Of a DNA stretch of 64,000 bases, positions 13,501-27,307 are shown one piece after another. Made by a program: the position numbers and the translations under genes. How positions within the stretch are numbered: position 1 is the first letter of the stretch; each line of letters starts with the position of its first letter. This DNA comes from Eledone cirrhosa (taxonomy: Eukaryota): positions 372,434,001 to 372,498,000 of the forward strand of contig OZ024743.1 in assembly GCA_964016885.1 (NCBI GenBank), written 5' to 3'. The notes beneath the pieces are model-generated. The model searched no databases. It saw only the letters and a program-made list of their open reading frames with translations, and was not told the DNA's origin.

Positions 13501-16500
13501 CATGTCTGCTACCTTCTCTAGTAAGTGTTATAAACATGTACCATATGTGCTACCTTCTCTAGTAAGTGTTATAAACAAGTAACTTTTATAAACATGTACC
13601 ATGTGTCCTACCTTCTCTAGTAAGTGTTATAAACATGTACCCATGTATGCTACCTTCTCTAGTAAGTGTTATAAATATGTACCATGTCTTCTACCTTCTC
13701 TAGTAAGTGTTATAAACATGTACCATGCATGCTACCTTCTCTAGTAAGTGTTATTAACATGTACCATGTATCCTACCTTCTTTAGTAAATATAATAAACA
13801 TGTACCATGTATGCTACCTTCTCAAGTAAATATAATAAACATGTACCATGTATGCTACCTTCTCTAGTAAGTGTTATAAACATGTACCATGTCTGCTACC
13901 TTCTCTAGTAAGTATCATAAATATGTACCATGTATGTTACCTTCTCTAGTAAGTGTGATAAACATGTACTATGCATGCTACCGTCTCTAGTAAGTGTTAT
14001 AAACATGTACCATGCGTGCTACCTTCTCTAGTAAGTGTTATAAACATGTACCATGCTTGCTACCTTCTCGAGTAAGTGTTATAAACATGTACTATGCATG
14101 TTAACTTCTCTAGTAAGTATCACAAATATGTACCTTGTATGCTACCTTCTCTATTAAGTATCATAAACATGTACCATGTCTGCTGCCTTCTCTAGTAAGT
14201 GTTATAAACATGTACCATGTATGCTACCTTCTCTAGTAAGTGTTATAAACAAGTAACTTTTATAAACATGTACCATGTGTCCTACCTTCTCTAGTAAGTG
14301 TTATAAACATGTACCATGCATGCTACCTTCTCCGATAAGTGTCATAAACACGTACCATGTCTGCTACCTTCTCAAGTAAGTGTTATAAACATGTACCATG
14401 TATCCATCCTTCTCTACTGTTATAAACATGTACCATGCATGCTACCTTCTCCAGTAAGTGTTATAAACATGTACCATGTATGCTACCTTCTCCGGTAAGT
14501 GTTATAAACATGTACCATGTCTGCTACCTTCTCTAGTTAGTGTTTCAAATATGTACCATGTATACTACCTTCTCTAGTAAGTATCATAAACATGTACCAT
14601 GTATCCTACCTTCTCTAGTAAGTATCATAAACATGTACCATGTATCCTACCTTCTCTAGTTAGTGTTACAAATATGTACCATGTCTGCTACCTTCTCTAG
14701 TAAGTGTTATAAACAAGTAACTTTTATAAACATGTACCATGTGTCCTACCTTCTCTAGTAAGTGTTATAAACATGTACCATGCATGCTACCTTCTCTAGT
14801 AAGTATCATAAACATGTACCATGCATGCTACCTTCTCTAGTAAGTATCATAAACATGTACCATGTCTGCTACCTTCTCTAGTAAGTATCATAAACATGTA
14901 CCATATGTGCTACCTTCTCTAGTAAGTGTTATAAACATGTACCATATGTGCTACCTTCTCTAGTAAGTGTTATAAACAAGTAACTTTTATAAACATGTAC
15001 CATGTGTCCTACTTTCTCTAGTCAGTGATATAAACATGTACCATGCATGCTACCTTCTCTAGTAAGTATCATAAACATGTACCATGTATGCTACCTTCTC
15101 CAGTAAGTGTTATAAACATGTGCCATGCATGCTACCTTCTCTAGTAAGTTTTATAAACATGTACCATGTGTCCTACATTCTCTAGTAAGTGTTATATACA
15201 TGTACCATGTATGCTACCTTATCTAGTAAGTATCATAAACATGTACCATGTATGCTACCTTCTCTAGTAAGTGTTATAAACATGTACCATGTCTGCTACC
15301 TTCTCTAGTAAGTATCATAAACATGTACCATGTGTGCTACATTCTCTAGTAAGTGTTATAAACATGTACCATGTCTGCTACCTTCTCTAGTAAGTGTTAT
15401 AAACATGTACCATGCATGCTACCTTCTCTAGTAAGTGTTATTAACATGTACCACGTGTGCTACATTCTCTAGTAAGTGTTATAAACATGTACCATGCATG
15501 TTACCTTCTCTAGTAAGTGTTATAAACATGTACCATGCATGCTACCTTCTCTAGTACGTGTTATTAACATGTACCATGTGTGCTACATTCTCTAGTAAGT
15601 GTTATATACATGTACCATGCATGCAACCTTCTCCAGTAAGTATCATAAACATGTACCATGTGTGCTACATTCTCTAGTAAGTGTTATAAACATGTACCAA
15701 GCATGCTACCTTCTTTTAAGTGTCATAAACATGTACCATGTATGCTACCTTCTCTAGTAAGTGTTATAAACATGTACCATGCGTGCTACCTTCTCTAGTT
15801 AGTGTTATAAACATGTACCATGTATGCTACCTCCTCTAGTAAGTGTTATACATATGTACCATGCATACTACCTTCTTTTAAGTGTCATAAACATGTACCA
15901 TGTATGCTACCTTCTCTAGTAAGTGTTATAAACATGTACTATGCTTGCTACCTTCTCTAGTAAGTGTTATAAACATGTACCATGTATGCTACCTTCTCTA
16001 GTAAGTGTTATAAACATGTACCATGCTTGCTACCTTCTCTAGTAAGTGTTATAAACATGTACCATGTATGCTACCTTCTCTAGTAAGTCTTATAAACATG
16101 TACTATGCATGCTACCTTCTCTAGTAAGTGTTATAAACATGTACTATGCATGCTACCTTCTCTAGTAAGTGTTATATACATGTACCATGTATGCTACCGT
16201 CTCTAGTAAGTGTTATAAACATGTACCATGCATGCTAGCTTCTCGAGTAAGTGTTATAAACATGTACTATGCATGCTACCTTCTCTAGTAAGTATCACAA
16301 CTATGTACCTTGTAAGCTACCTTCTCTATTAAGTATCATAAACATGTACCATGTCTGCTACCTTCTCTAGTAAGTGTTATAAACATGTACCATGTCTGCT
16401 ACCTTCTCTAGTAAGTGTTATAAACAAGTAACTTTTATAAACATGTACCATGTGTCCTACCTTCTCTAGTAAGTGTTATAAACATGTACCATGTCTGCTA

Positions 16501-19500
16501 CCTTCTCTAGTAAGTGTTATAAACAAGTAACTTTTATAAACATGTACCATGTGTCCTATCTTCTCTAGTAAGTGTTATAAACATGTACCATGCATGCTAC
16601 CTTCTCTAGTAAGTATCATAAACATGTACCATGTATGCTACCTTCTCCGATAAGTGTCATAAACATGTACCATGTCTGCTACCTTCTCAAGTAAGTGTTA
16701 TAAACATGTACCATGTATGCTACCTTTTCCGGTAAGTGTTATAAACATGTACCATGTATGCTACCTTTTCCGGTAAGTGTTATAAACATGTACCATGTCT
16801 GCTACCTTCTCAAGTAAGTGTTATAAACATGTACCATGTATCCTACCTTCTCTAGTATTATAAATATGTACCATGCATGCTACCTTCGCTAGTAAGTGTT
16901 ATAAACATGTACCATGTATGCTACCTTCTCTAGTAAGTATCATAAACATGTACCATGTCTGCTACCTTCTCTAGTAAGTGTTATAAACATGTACCATATG
17001 TGCTACCTTCTCTAGTAAGTGTTATAAACAAGTAACTTTTATAAACATGTACCATGTGTCCTACCTTCTCTAGTAAGTGTTATAAACATGTACCCATGTA
17101 TGCTACCTTCTCTAGTAAGTGTTATAAATATGTACCATGTCTTCTACCTTCTCTAGTAAGTGTTATAAACATGTACCATGCATGCTACCTTCTCTAGTAA
17201 GTGTTATTAACATGTACCATGTATCCTACCTTCTTTAGTAAATATAATAAACATGTACCATGTATGCTACCTTCTCAAGTAAATATAATAAACATGTACC
17301 ATGTATGCTACCTTCTCTAGTAAGTGTTATAAACATGTACCATGTCTGCTACCTTCTCTAGTAAGTATCATAAATATGTACCATGTATGTTACCTTCTCT
17401 AGTAAGTGTGATAAACATGTACTATGCATGCTACCGTCTCTAGTAAGTGTTATAAACATGTACCATGCGTGCTACCTTCTCTAGTAAGTGTTATAAACAT
17501 GTACCATGCTTGCTACCTTCTCGAGTAAGTGTTATAAACATGTACTATGCATGTTAACTTCTCTAGTAAGTATCACAAATATGTACCTTGTATGCTACCT
17601 TCTCTATTAAGTATCATAAACATGTACCATGTCTGCTGCCTTCTCTAGTAAGTGTTATAAACATGTACCATGTATGCTACCTTTTCTAGTAAGTGTTATA
17701 AACAAGTAACTTTTATAAACATGTACCATGTGTCCTACCTTCTCTAGTAAGTGTTATAAACATGTACCATGCATGCTACCTTCTCCGATAAGTGTCATAA
17801 ACACGTACCATGTCTGCTACCTTCTCAAGTAAGTGTTATAAACATGTACCATGTATCCATCCTTCTCTACTGTTATAAACATGTACCATGCATGCTACCT
17901 TCTCCAGTAAGTGTTATAAACATGTACCATGTATGCTACCTTCTCCGGTAAGTGTTATAAACATGTACCATGTCTGCTACCTTCTCTAGTTAGTGTTTCA
18001 AATATGTACCATGTATACTACCTTCTCTAGTAAGTATCATAAACATGTACCATGTATCCTACCTTCTCTAGTAAGTATCATAAACATGTACCATGTATCC
18101 TACCTTCTCTAGTTAGTGTTACAAATATGTACCATGTCTGCTACCTTCTCTAGTAAGTGTTATAAACAAGTAACTTTTATAAACATGTACCATGTGTCCT
18201 ACCTTCTCTAGTAAGTGTTATAAACATGTACCATGCATGCTACCTTCTCTAGTAAGTATCATAAACATGTACCATGCATGCTACCTTCTCTAGTAAGTAT
18301 CATAAACATGTACCATGTCTGCTACCTTCTCTAGTAAGTATCATAAACATGTACCATATGTGCTACCTTCTCTAGTAAGTGTTATAAACATGTACCATAT
18401 GTGCTACCTTCTCTAGTAAGTGTTATAAACAAGTAACTTTTATAAACATGTACCATGTGTCCTACTTTCTCTAGTCAGTGATATAAACATGTACCATGCA
18501 TGCTACCTTCTCTAGTAAGTATCATAAACATGTACCATGTATGCTACCTTCTCCAGTAAGTGTTATAAACATGTGCCATGCATGCTACCTTCTCTAGTAA
18601 GTTTTATAAACATGTACCATGTGTCCTACATTCTCTAGTAAGTGTTATATACATGTACCATGTATGCTACCTTATCTAGTAAGTATCATAAACATGTACC
18701 ATGTATGCTACCTTCTCTAGTAAGTGTTATAAACATGTACCATGTCTGCTACCTTCTCTAGTAAGTATCATAAACATGTACCATGTGTGCTACATTCTCT
18801 AGTAAGTGTTATAAACATGTACCATGTCTGCTACCTTCTCTAGTAAGTGTTATAAACATGTACCATGCATGCTACCTTCTCTAGTAAGTGTTATTAACAT
18901 GTACCACGTGTGCTACATTCTCTAGTAAGTGTTATAAACATGTACCATGCATGTTACCTTCTCTAGTAAGTGTTATAAACATGTACCATGCATGCTACCT
19001 TCTCTAGTACGTGTTATTAACATGTACCATGTGTGCTACATTCTCTAGTAAGTGTTATATACATGTACCATGCATGCAACCTTCTCCAGTAAGTATCATA
19101 AACATGTACCATGTGTGCTACATTCTCTAGTAAGTGTTATAAACATGTACCAAGCATGCTACCTTCTTTTAAGTGTCATAAACATGTACCATGTATGCTA
19201 CCTTCTCTAGTAAGTGTTATAAACATGTACCATGCGTGCTACCTTCTCTAGTTAGTGTTATAAACATGTACCATGTATGCTACCTCCTCTAGTAAGTGTT
19301 ATACATATGTACCATGCATACTACCTTCTTTTAAGTGTCATAAACATGTACCATGTATGCTACCTTCTCTAGTAAGTGTTATAAACATGTACTATGCTTG
19401 CTACCTTCTCTAGTAAGTGTTATAAACATGTACCATGTATGCTACCTTCTCTAGTAAGTGTTATAAACATGTACCATGCTTGCTACCTTCTCTAGTAAGT

Positions 19501-21480
19501 GTTATAAACATGTACCATGTATGCTACCTTCTCTAGTAAGTCTTATAAACATGTACTATGCATGCTACCTTCTCTAGTAAGTGTTATAAACATGTACTAT
19601 GCATGCTACCTTCTCTAGTAAGTGTTATATACATGTACCATGTATGCTACCGTCTCTAGTAAGTGTTATAAACATGTACCATGCATGCTAGCTTCTCGAG
19701 TAAGTGTTATAAACATGTACTATGCATGCTACCTTCTCTAGTAAGTATCACAACTATGTACCTTGTAAGCTACCTTCTCTATTAAGTATCATAAACATGT
19801 ACCATGTCTGCTACCTTCTCTAGTAAGTGTTATAAACATGTACCATGTCTGCTACCTTCTCTAGTAAGTGTTATAAACAAGTAACTTTTATAAACATGTA
19901 CCATGTGTCCTACCTTCTCTAGTAAGTGTTATAAACATGTACCATGTCTGCTACCTTCTCTAGTAAGTGTTATAAACAAGTAACTTTTATAAACATGTAC
20001 CATGTGTCCTATCTTCTCTAGTAAGTGTTATAAACATGTACCATGCATGCTACCTTCTCTAGTAAGTATCATAAACATGTACCATGTATGCTACCTTCTC
20101 CGATAAGTGTCATAAACATGTACCATGTCTGCTACCTTCTCAAGTAAGTGTTATAAACATGTACCATGTATGCTACCTTTTCCGGTAAGTGTTATAAACA
20201 TGTACCATGTATGCTACCTTTTCCGGTAAGTGTTATAAACATGTACCATGTCTGCTACCTTCTCAAGTAAGTGTTATAAACATGTACCATGTATCCTACC
20301 TTCTCTAGTATTATAAATATGTACCATGCATGCTACCTTCGCTAGTAAGTGTTATAAACATGTACCATGTATGCTACCTTCTCTAGTAAGTATCATAAAC
20401 ATGTACCATGTCTGCTACCTTCTCTAGTAAGTGTTATAAACATGTACCATATGTGCTACCTTCTCTAGTAAGTGTTATAAACAAGTAACTTTTATAAACA
20501 TGTACCATGTGTCCTACCTTCTCTAGTAAGTGTTATAAACATGTACCCATGTATGCTACCTTCTCTAGTAAGTGTTATAAATATGTACCATGTCTTCTAC
20601 CTTCTCTAGTAAGTGTTATAAACATGTACCATGCATGCTACCTTCTCTAGTAAGTGTTATTAACATGTACCATGTATCCTACCTTCTTTAGTAAATATAA
20701 TAAACATGTACCATGTATGCTACCTTCTCAAGTAAATATAATAAACATGTACCATGTATGCTACCTTCTCTAGTAAGTGTTATAAACATGTACCATGTAT
20801 GCTACCTTCTCTAGTTAGTATTATAAACATGTACCATGCATGCTACCTTCTCTAGTTAGTATTATAAACATGTACCATATGTGCTACCTTCTCTAGTAAG
20901 TGTTATAAACATGTACCATGCATGCTACCTTCTCTAATAAGTGTTATAAACATGTACCATGCGTGCTACCTTCTCTAGTAAGTGTTATAAACATGTACCA
21001 TTTCTGCTACCTTCTCAAGTTAGTTTTATAAACATGTACCATGTGTGCTACCTTCTCTAGTAAGTGTTATAAACATGTACCATTTCTGCTACCTTCTCAA
21101 GTTAGTTTTATAAACATGTACCATTTCTGCTACCTTCTCAAGTTAGTTTTATAAACATGTACAATGTGTGCTACCTTCTCTAGTAAGTGTTATAAACATG
21201 TACCATTTCTGCTACCTTCTCAAGTTAGTTTTATAAACATGTACCATGTGTCCTACCTTCTGTAGTAAGTATCATAAACATGTACCATGCATGCTACCTT
21301 CTCTAGTTAGTGTTATAAACATGTACTATGTATGCTACCTTCTCTAGTAAGTGTTATAAACATGTTCCATGTCTGCTACCTTCTCTAGTAAGTGTTATAA
21401 ACATGTACCATGCATGCTACCTTCTCTAGTAAGTGTTATAAACATGTACCATGTGTGCTACTTTCTCTAACTAGTGTTAC
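1513..21480. repeat. 41-bp tandem satellite (~480 copies), consensus TAAACATGTACCATGTATGCTACCTTCTCTAGTAAGTGTTA
   Basis: Period measured directly (catgtacc at 1621 and 1662). Recurrent variant monomers occur, including a truncated unit ttataaacaagtaactt. Confidence 0.98.
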
Positions 21481-21958
21481 CCAATATAAAATACCATTAG
21501 CCATCTTCCTATTGAGGGCTGTACAGAACCAAATAATCCGTTGTTAAATTGAAGCCATGGCAGTCTTTTATACTCATGTTACTCCAATAACACTTCACTT
21601 GTCATCAATGCTATTGTAAAGGCATGAATGTCACAACATCTTAGTCTAGATCTTCTGAAATCACAAGGGTCAGTCAAGTATTGACTCTCATATCAATTCT
21701 TATTATATATTTCACCTGCATCAGATAAATAAAATATTGCCATTGATCTGGTTGTCTAGATTTCACAGCCACACACACAATACCATTTCAGCTGTTAACT
21801 TATTGATTGGTTTATAAATATTCAAATATCTGATTAGTTGATGGGGGGAATATGACATGGGATGAAGCTGTTGTATTAATTAGGGACCTTTCAATTCTAT
21901 GTTTAATCCACTTTTTATTTACCTAATTTTATTGACAAGGCTTTTGTTGACACGTAGC

Positions 21959-22257
21959 CAGGGTTGGATTTAGATTTTGGAGGCCTGGGGCACTTCATGT
22001 TTGGAGGGACCCTCATACACCAAAAATAAGAATACATAGCAAACCCCCCAATTTTACATATTGAAGTTAGCTGGATGCAAGTAATTGGAATTGAACGGTT
22101 GTACATACAGGTATTAAATTTGAAAATTCTAACCATCCTAAAACTAAAAAGCCCAGCTGAGGGCACAAATAAATTGCTACGGTTATTTCTGGTGGGGTTC
22201 CCCACTCAAGGGAGCCTGGGGCAATTGTCTCCTTTGTTCCCATTAAATCCAGCCCTG
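21959..22257. mobile_element. hAT-type MITE, 299 bp
   Basis: TIRs cagggttggattta / taaatccagccctg (13/14 match). Degenerate 8-bp TSD cacgtagc / cccgttgc. Confidence 0.8.
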
Positions 22258-22364
22258 CCCGTTGCTATAGTAAAAGATACTTCTCTAAGATGCCATACAG
22301 TGGGATTGAACCTGAGACTGCGTGATTGCCAAGCTGTCTATTTAACTAACTTAATAAGTAGTTA

Positions 22365-22770
22365 AAGTTTAGGCACAAGGCCAGAAATTTGTAGGGAAGG
22401 CAAAGTCAATTACATCAACCCCAGTATATGACTGGTACTTTATTTTATCAACCCAGGAAGAATGAAAAGCAAAATTGACCTCAGTGAGATTTAAACTCAG
22501 ATTGGAAACAACCAGAACAAATACCACAACATCATTTTATCTGACACTCTACAATTCCATCAAGCTAACACCTTTCTAAATAGGGCCAACAATTTATGGA
22601 GAAAGAGGAAAGTCATATTACTTCAACCCCAGTATTTCACTGATACATTATTTTATCAACCCCACAAGAATAGATGGCAAAGTTGATCTAAGCGGAATTT
22701 TACTTCAGAATGACAAGAACCGTAATTCAATAGCACAAAGATTTTTTCGGATGCTCTACCAATTCTACTA
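22365..22770 (-). mobile_element. Two adjacent degenerate tRNA-derived SINE copies
   Basis: Reverse-complement similarity to 23110-23300 (ttaggcacaaggccag, ccccagt...actggtact, ttttatcaaccc, aaagttgatct). Confidence 0.75.
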
Positions 22771-23109
22771 ATCTAACACCCTTTAACTATCTTACCCATT
22801 TAGCATTTAAACCCACAATTATCCAGACAGAACTCTCTCACCTCTTTCTGTTCAAACCAGCTGTAACCAGCTGCTCATACTGATGTTAAGGTATTGTTCT
22901 CAAAATAAATAATCTCAAAATCTCTTAAATTCGATATTATGAGGTAAAGCCTTACTGTGAAAATATAATAGTAAATATAGAGTAATGTAAATGCTAAAGG
23001 GTTAATAAATGCTAGATCTTTCAATTTCAGGCTGAATCATCTGATGTCACACAATTATGATTGAGAGGCTCTTTTTTTAAATACTTCAACTGAATATTAT
23101 TATTGTTAA

Positions 23110-23300
23110 GGGCGGTGGATTAGCAGAAGCGGTAGAGGGTCGGACGTCATGCTTTGACACATAGAGTAACGCCCCTTTCCATTCTGAGTTCAAATCCCGC
23201 CGAGGTTAACTTTGCCTTTCATCCTTATGGGGTTGATAAAATAAAGTACCAGTAATGCACTGGGTAATTGCTGGCCTTGTGCCAAAAGTAGAAACAATTA
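23110..23300 (+). mobile_element. tRNA-derived SINE with Nin/Deu-like central domain
   Basis: B-box gagttcaaatccc; gcctttcatcctt...gataaaataaagtaccag core; (tta)n-like tail. Sibling copies at 22365-22770, 25110-25190 and 55880-56090. Confidence 0.8.
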
Positions 23301-23618
23301 TTATTGTTAAATAAAGAAATCATTTTTCTCAATTATTAATGGTTCATTTTTGTTGTTTATCAGTAAATCCTGACAGAAAGGTATCTATTATTTGACATCA
23401 AATAAAGAGCTTATCATTATCATTACCATTTAATGACTATTTTCCATGCTTCAATGGATTAGATGGATTGTCACGTACTGAGAGTAGGCAGTAAAGTGTT
23501 ATATAAATCAATGGATATTTTATAAGCAATGCATCAGAGCATCAAAAATAAAATATAAGTAGAAATACAATTGCTAGGACATGCTTCAGATGAAGTAAAT
23601 TGAGACAAGTATATTAAA

Positions 23619-24483
23619 AACTAGCTGCTGTACCCAGTAATACCAGGGAAAGGTGGGGTTATTCGCAGTTCCTGGAGTGCACCTGAAAATGCTAGCAACT
23701 CTGGGTGTCCATACTGGATTTTCGATAGCAACCTTTGCTAGGTGTGTTTATGGCAGATCAATTTTTTGTGTGGAACTATCAATAGCTATTTAAGTCATAA
23801 ATCCTTCCAGCTTTCTTCATTCAGAGTGAATATGCCAGGGAAGTTTGAGCTGGAAGAGTATTGAACTTATTCAACAAACTTATGTATAAGAATAGCAAAC
23901 TTACTGCCTTAGTGCTCAAGAACAAAAACAGAACAACGGAGGAAGTGATCGCAATTATTGAAGAAATTATAACCAAGTGAACATATTCAGGTACTGTTCA
24001 AACACCCTGTATATCACCGTTTGTAAAACCCTTTGAATAACTGAAGCAATTCAATAAAACCATCCCGTTTTTCCCCTATAGTAAACATAACCCAAGAAAA
24101 CATACTATAATAAGTTGGATAAACAATCAGAAGTGATGGTCCGAAAGAGGGCCTTGTAACGTTCACTGTTACAAAGTGTCAATAATGGGGAAGAAATTAC
24201 ATCTTCTTAATTCATGTTAATCTTCCCATGATCCGACACCTTGAAATATTGACAAAATAAACTCTACTCTGAAAAACAGCATGTTACAATTGACATGCCG
24301 GGAGTACGAATATTCGACAACATACGATTTGGGTTTTATTCTCGGACTAATCTCATGGTAGGCCAACTTCCAGGTCATTGATCATCACACATTTTTGTAA
24401 CTTATCGCCGATTCCTGCAGTTGACCTTAATGTGACCTAAGCATGTGCACATGTTCAGAATCCATATATATATATATATATAT

Positions 24484-24516
<33 letters not shown>

Positions 24517-25093
24517 GTTTAACGTCCATCTTCCACGCTTGCATGGGTTTGGACAGGAGTTTTCCCACTTGAGGCAAGAGTGGTTGTCTTGCTCGCATAG
24601 GACTGTCTGGCGGGTTTTCTATGGCTGGATGCCCTTCCTAACACCAACCACGTTTACAGTGTGGACTGGGAGGTTTTTACCGTGTTACCTACACAATATA
24701 TATATATATACAGACATCTGTTCAGTCGTCAACCAAAATTAGATTTTCGTCTGCTTTGTTTGAAATTTCTCTATGTATATTTCTAATAAGTTGTTGCCTC
24801 GTTTTGGAGGACTGAGTTGTGGGAGGAGGAAGGTGAGTAGTGGGAGAGAGGGTTTAACATACAGTAGTAGTATCTCCTCTTCCCCCTCTCTTACTGAAAC
24901 GTCTTCTCTTTCCTCCTCCATTGTAAAGAGATCCACAGGAGTTCCATTATTGAAATCCAATTAGCCAGTCCTGTTTCTGACTATTAGCTTAACATTTGTG
25001 GAAAGTTTCATGAGGATCAGCTCACTGGTGTAGGTGCCAACTGGTTACACACAGACAGACAGACAGACAGACACTGCCATTTATATAGTAGAT
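23619..25093 (+). mobile_element. Possible DINE-1/HINE-like (Helentron-associated) non-autonomous element with insertions
   Basis: 5' actagctg...acccagtaataccaggg hairpin-like start; 3' aagtttcatgaggatc...(caga)n...tttatatagtagat end. This layout is typical of DINE-1-like elements; that the two ends belong together is inferred. Confidence 0.4.
24485..24690 (-). mobile_element. RTE-related SINE/LINE 3' end with (GAT)n tail
   Basis: (tca)n followed by cgtttaacgtccatcttcc...gcatggg and ggctggatgcccttccta. The same 3' end occurs on + at ~59380-59432. Confidence 0.65.
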
Positions 25094-25239
25094 GTAACCA
25101 CAAATTAATTGTTTCTACTTTAGGCACAAGGCCAGCAATTACCCAGTGCATTACTGGTACTTTATTTTATCGACCACAAATTAATGAAACGACAAAAGGA
25201 GAGAGAACTTACATATATATACATATGTATATATATATA

Positions 25240-25820
25240 TAAATGGAATAGAATGAAACGAAATTTCATTTCCCACTCTTAGTACGGCACTTACTTAAAT
25301 GTAAGTATGTATGTATACGTACATACATATATGTATACAGACGTAGAGTAGTATGTATATATATACACAGATGTATATATGCACGTATCGGTTTACCGAA
25401 CATTTATTATAATGCTCGGTTTGTTTGTAAACAAACAAACAGCCCCAATTACGCCGTACAGTGTTTAGGCAACCACGTCACCTTTTTGTTCAACACTGAC
25501 ACAGGAACGCTGTACTAATTTCAAGCTTATTAGCTATAGTCAGCATCGTATACCTTCCTGCCAGATGGTTGAACGTCTGAAAGTATATACTTTCCTTATG
25601 CATATTAACAGCTGAGCAGCCTAATTTGCATATCGAGGTTGCCTAAACACTGTACGGCGTAATTCGGGCTGTTTGTTTGTTTACAAACAAACAAACCGAG
25701 CATTATAATAAATGTTCGGTAAACCGATACGTGCATGTATATATGTGTGCATGTGTGTATATATATACATACTACTGTACGTCTGTATACATATATGTAT
25801 GTACGTATACATACATACTT
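25240..25820. mobile_element. pLTR/retrozyme-like repeat family A copy with inverted partial duplication; degenerate hammerhead at 25507-25549 (-)
   Basis: Homologous to 36811-37200. ~25638-25820 is the reverse complement of ~25300-25473. The ribozyme core is decayed to CUGACUA. Confidence 0.75.
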
Positions 25821-26086
25821 GCATATATATATATAGATATATATATACATATATATATATACATATATATATACATATATATGTACATATATATATATAT
25901 ACATATATATGTACATATATATATATATATACATATATATTTTGAGTTTATGTTGGTTGTATACCAACACCTCAGTATGCAGGCTGGAGCACTCGACGAA
26001 GTGCGCAGGTTGGTTTGGTTACTCCGGAGTAGTGTAAAATAAAGTTAAATAAAAAGTCAAATGATTAAAATTTAGCTTCGTTTATT

Positions 26087-26141
26087 ACTGCTATATATAT
26101 TTCAGTGACAGCCATCTTTGGCTGTGACCTCTTCAGGCAGT
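26087..26141 (-). ncRNA. Type I hammerhead ribozyme (family B, inverted copy)
   Basis: Reverse complement of 26215-26269. Confidence 0.8.
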
Positions 26142-26214
26142 TTGAATTAGTATGGTATTGACAATATTATACACCTCAACAACATATGTACTTGTCTATA
26201 CCATACTAATTCAA

Positions 26215-26269
26215 ACTGCCTGAAGAGGTCACAGCCAAAGATGGCTGTCACTGAAATATATATAGCAGT
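26215..26269 (+). ncRNA. Type I hammerhead ribozyme (family B)
   Basis: actgc-CTGAAGA-ggtcacagcca(aaga)tggctgtcact-GAAA-tatata-TA/gcagt. It has stem I, the conserved core, stem II and a palindromic stem III. Confidence 0.82.
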
Positions 26270-26313
26270 AATAAACGAAGCTAAATTTTAATCATTTGAC
26301 TTTTATTTAACTT

Positions 26314-26366
<53 letters not shown>

Positions 26367-26677
26367 TACATATATATCGGACGGTCTGTATCTCGATCGC
26401 TCATGAAATCCACCCAGTTCATGCTGACCGGATAACCATGTTGCTTGTTTATTCCCATCTTTGCGTTGCTTTCATCCTTCTATGTTGTTTACTTGTCTCA
26501 CTCGCTTTACGCGATTTACTTGTCCCAATAGCTTTATTTAGCTATTGCTCGCACCAACCTGAGGTATATGATTTTTAATGCGATGGAATATCAATGATGG
26601 GCAAATCACTGACGAAGGTCTATTTTTATCATATGTAACCCATGTGCAACCACGCAGTATTCTTCTTTCTTCTAGTG

Positions 26678-27307
<630 letters not shown>

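Larger units (their letters stand above)
26037..26318. repeat. Long inverted repeat (~127-bp arms, ~27-bp loop) carrying a hammerhead in each arm (family B)
   Basis: 26037-26164 is the reverse complement of 26192-26318 with ~2 differences; it lies between (TA)n tracts. Confidence 0.95.

Noticed and set aside
14316-17951. Two identical 60-aa ORFs
   Set aside because: Chance open frames in the satellite, duplicated by the higher-order repeat.
1513-21480. CRISPR-like array
   Set aside because: Monomers are contiguous with no unique spacers, there are no cas genes, and the context is eukaryotic.
26605-26660. ctgacga as another hammerhead core
   Set aside because: There is no stem II closure or GAAA downstream; at most a deleted relic.
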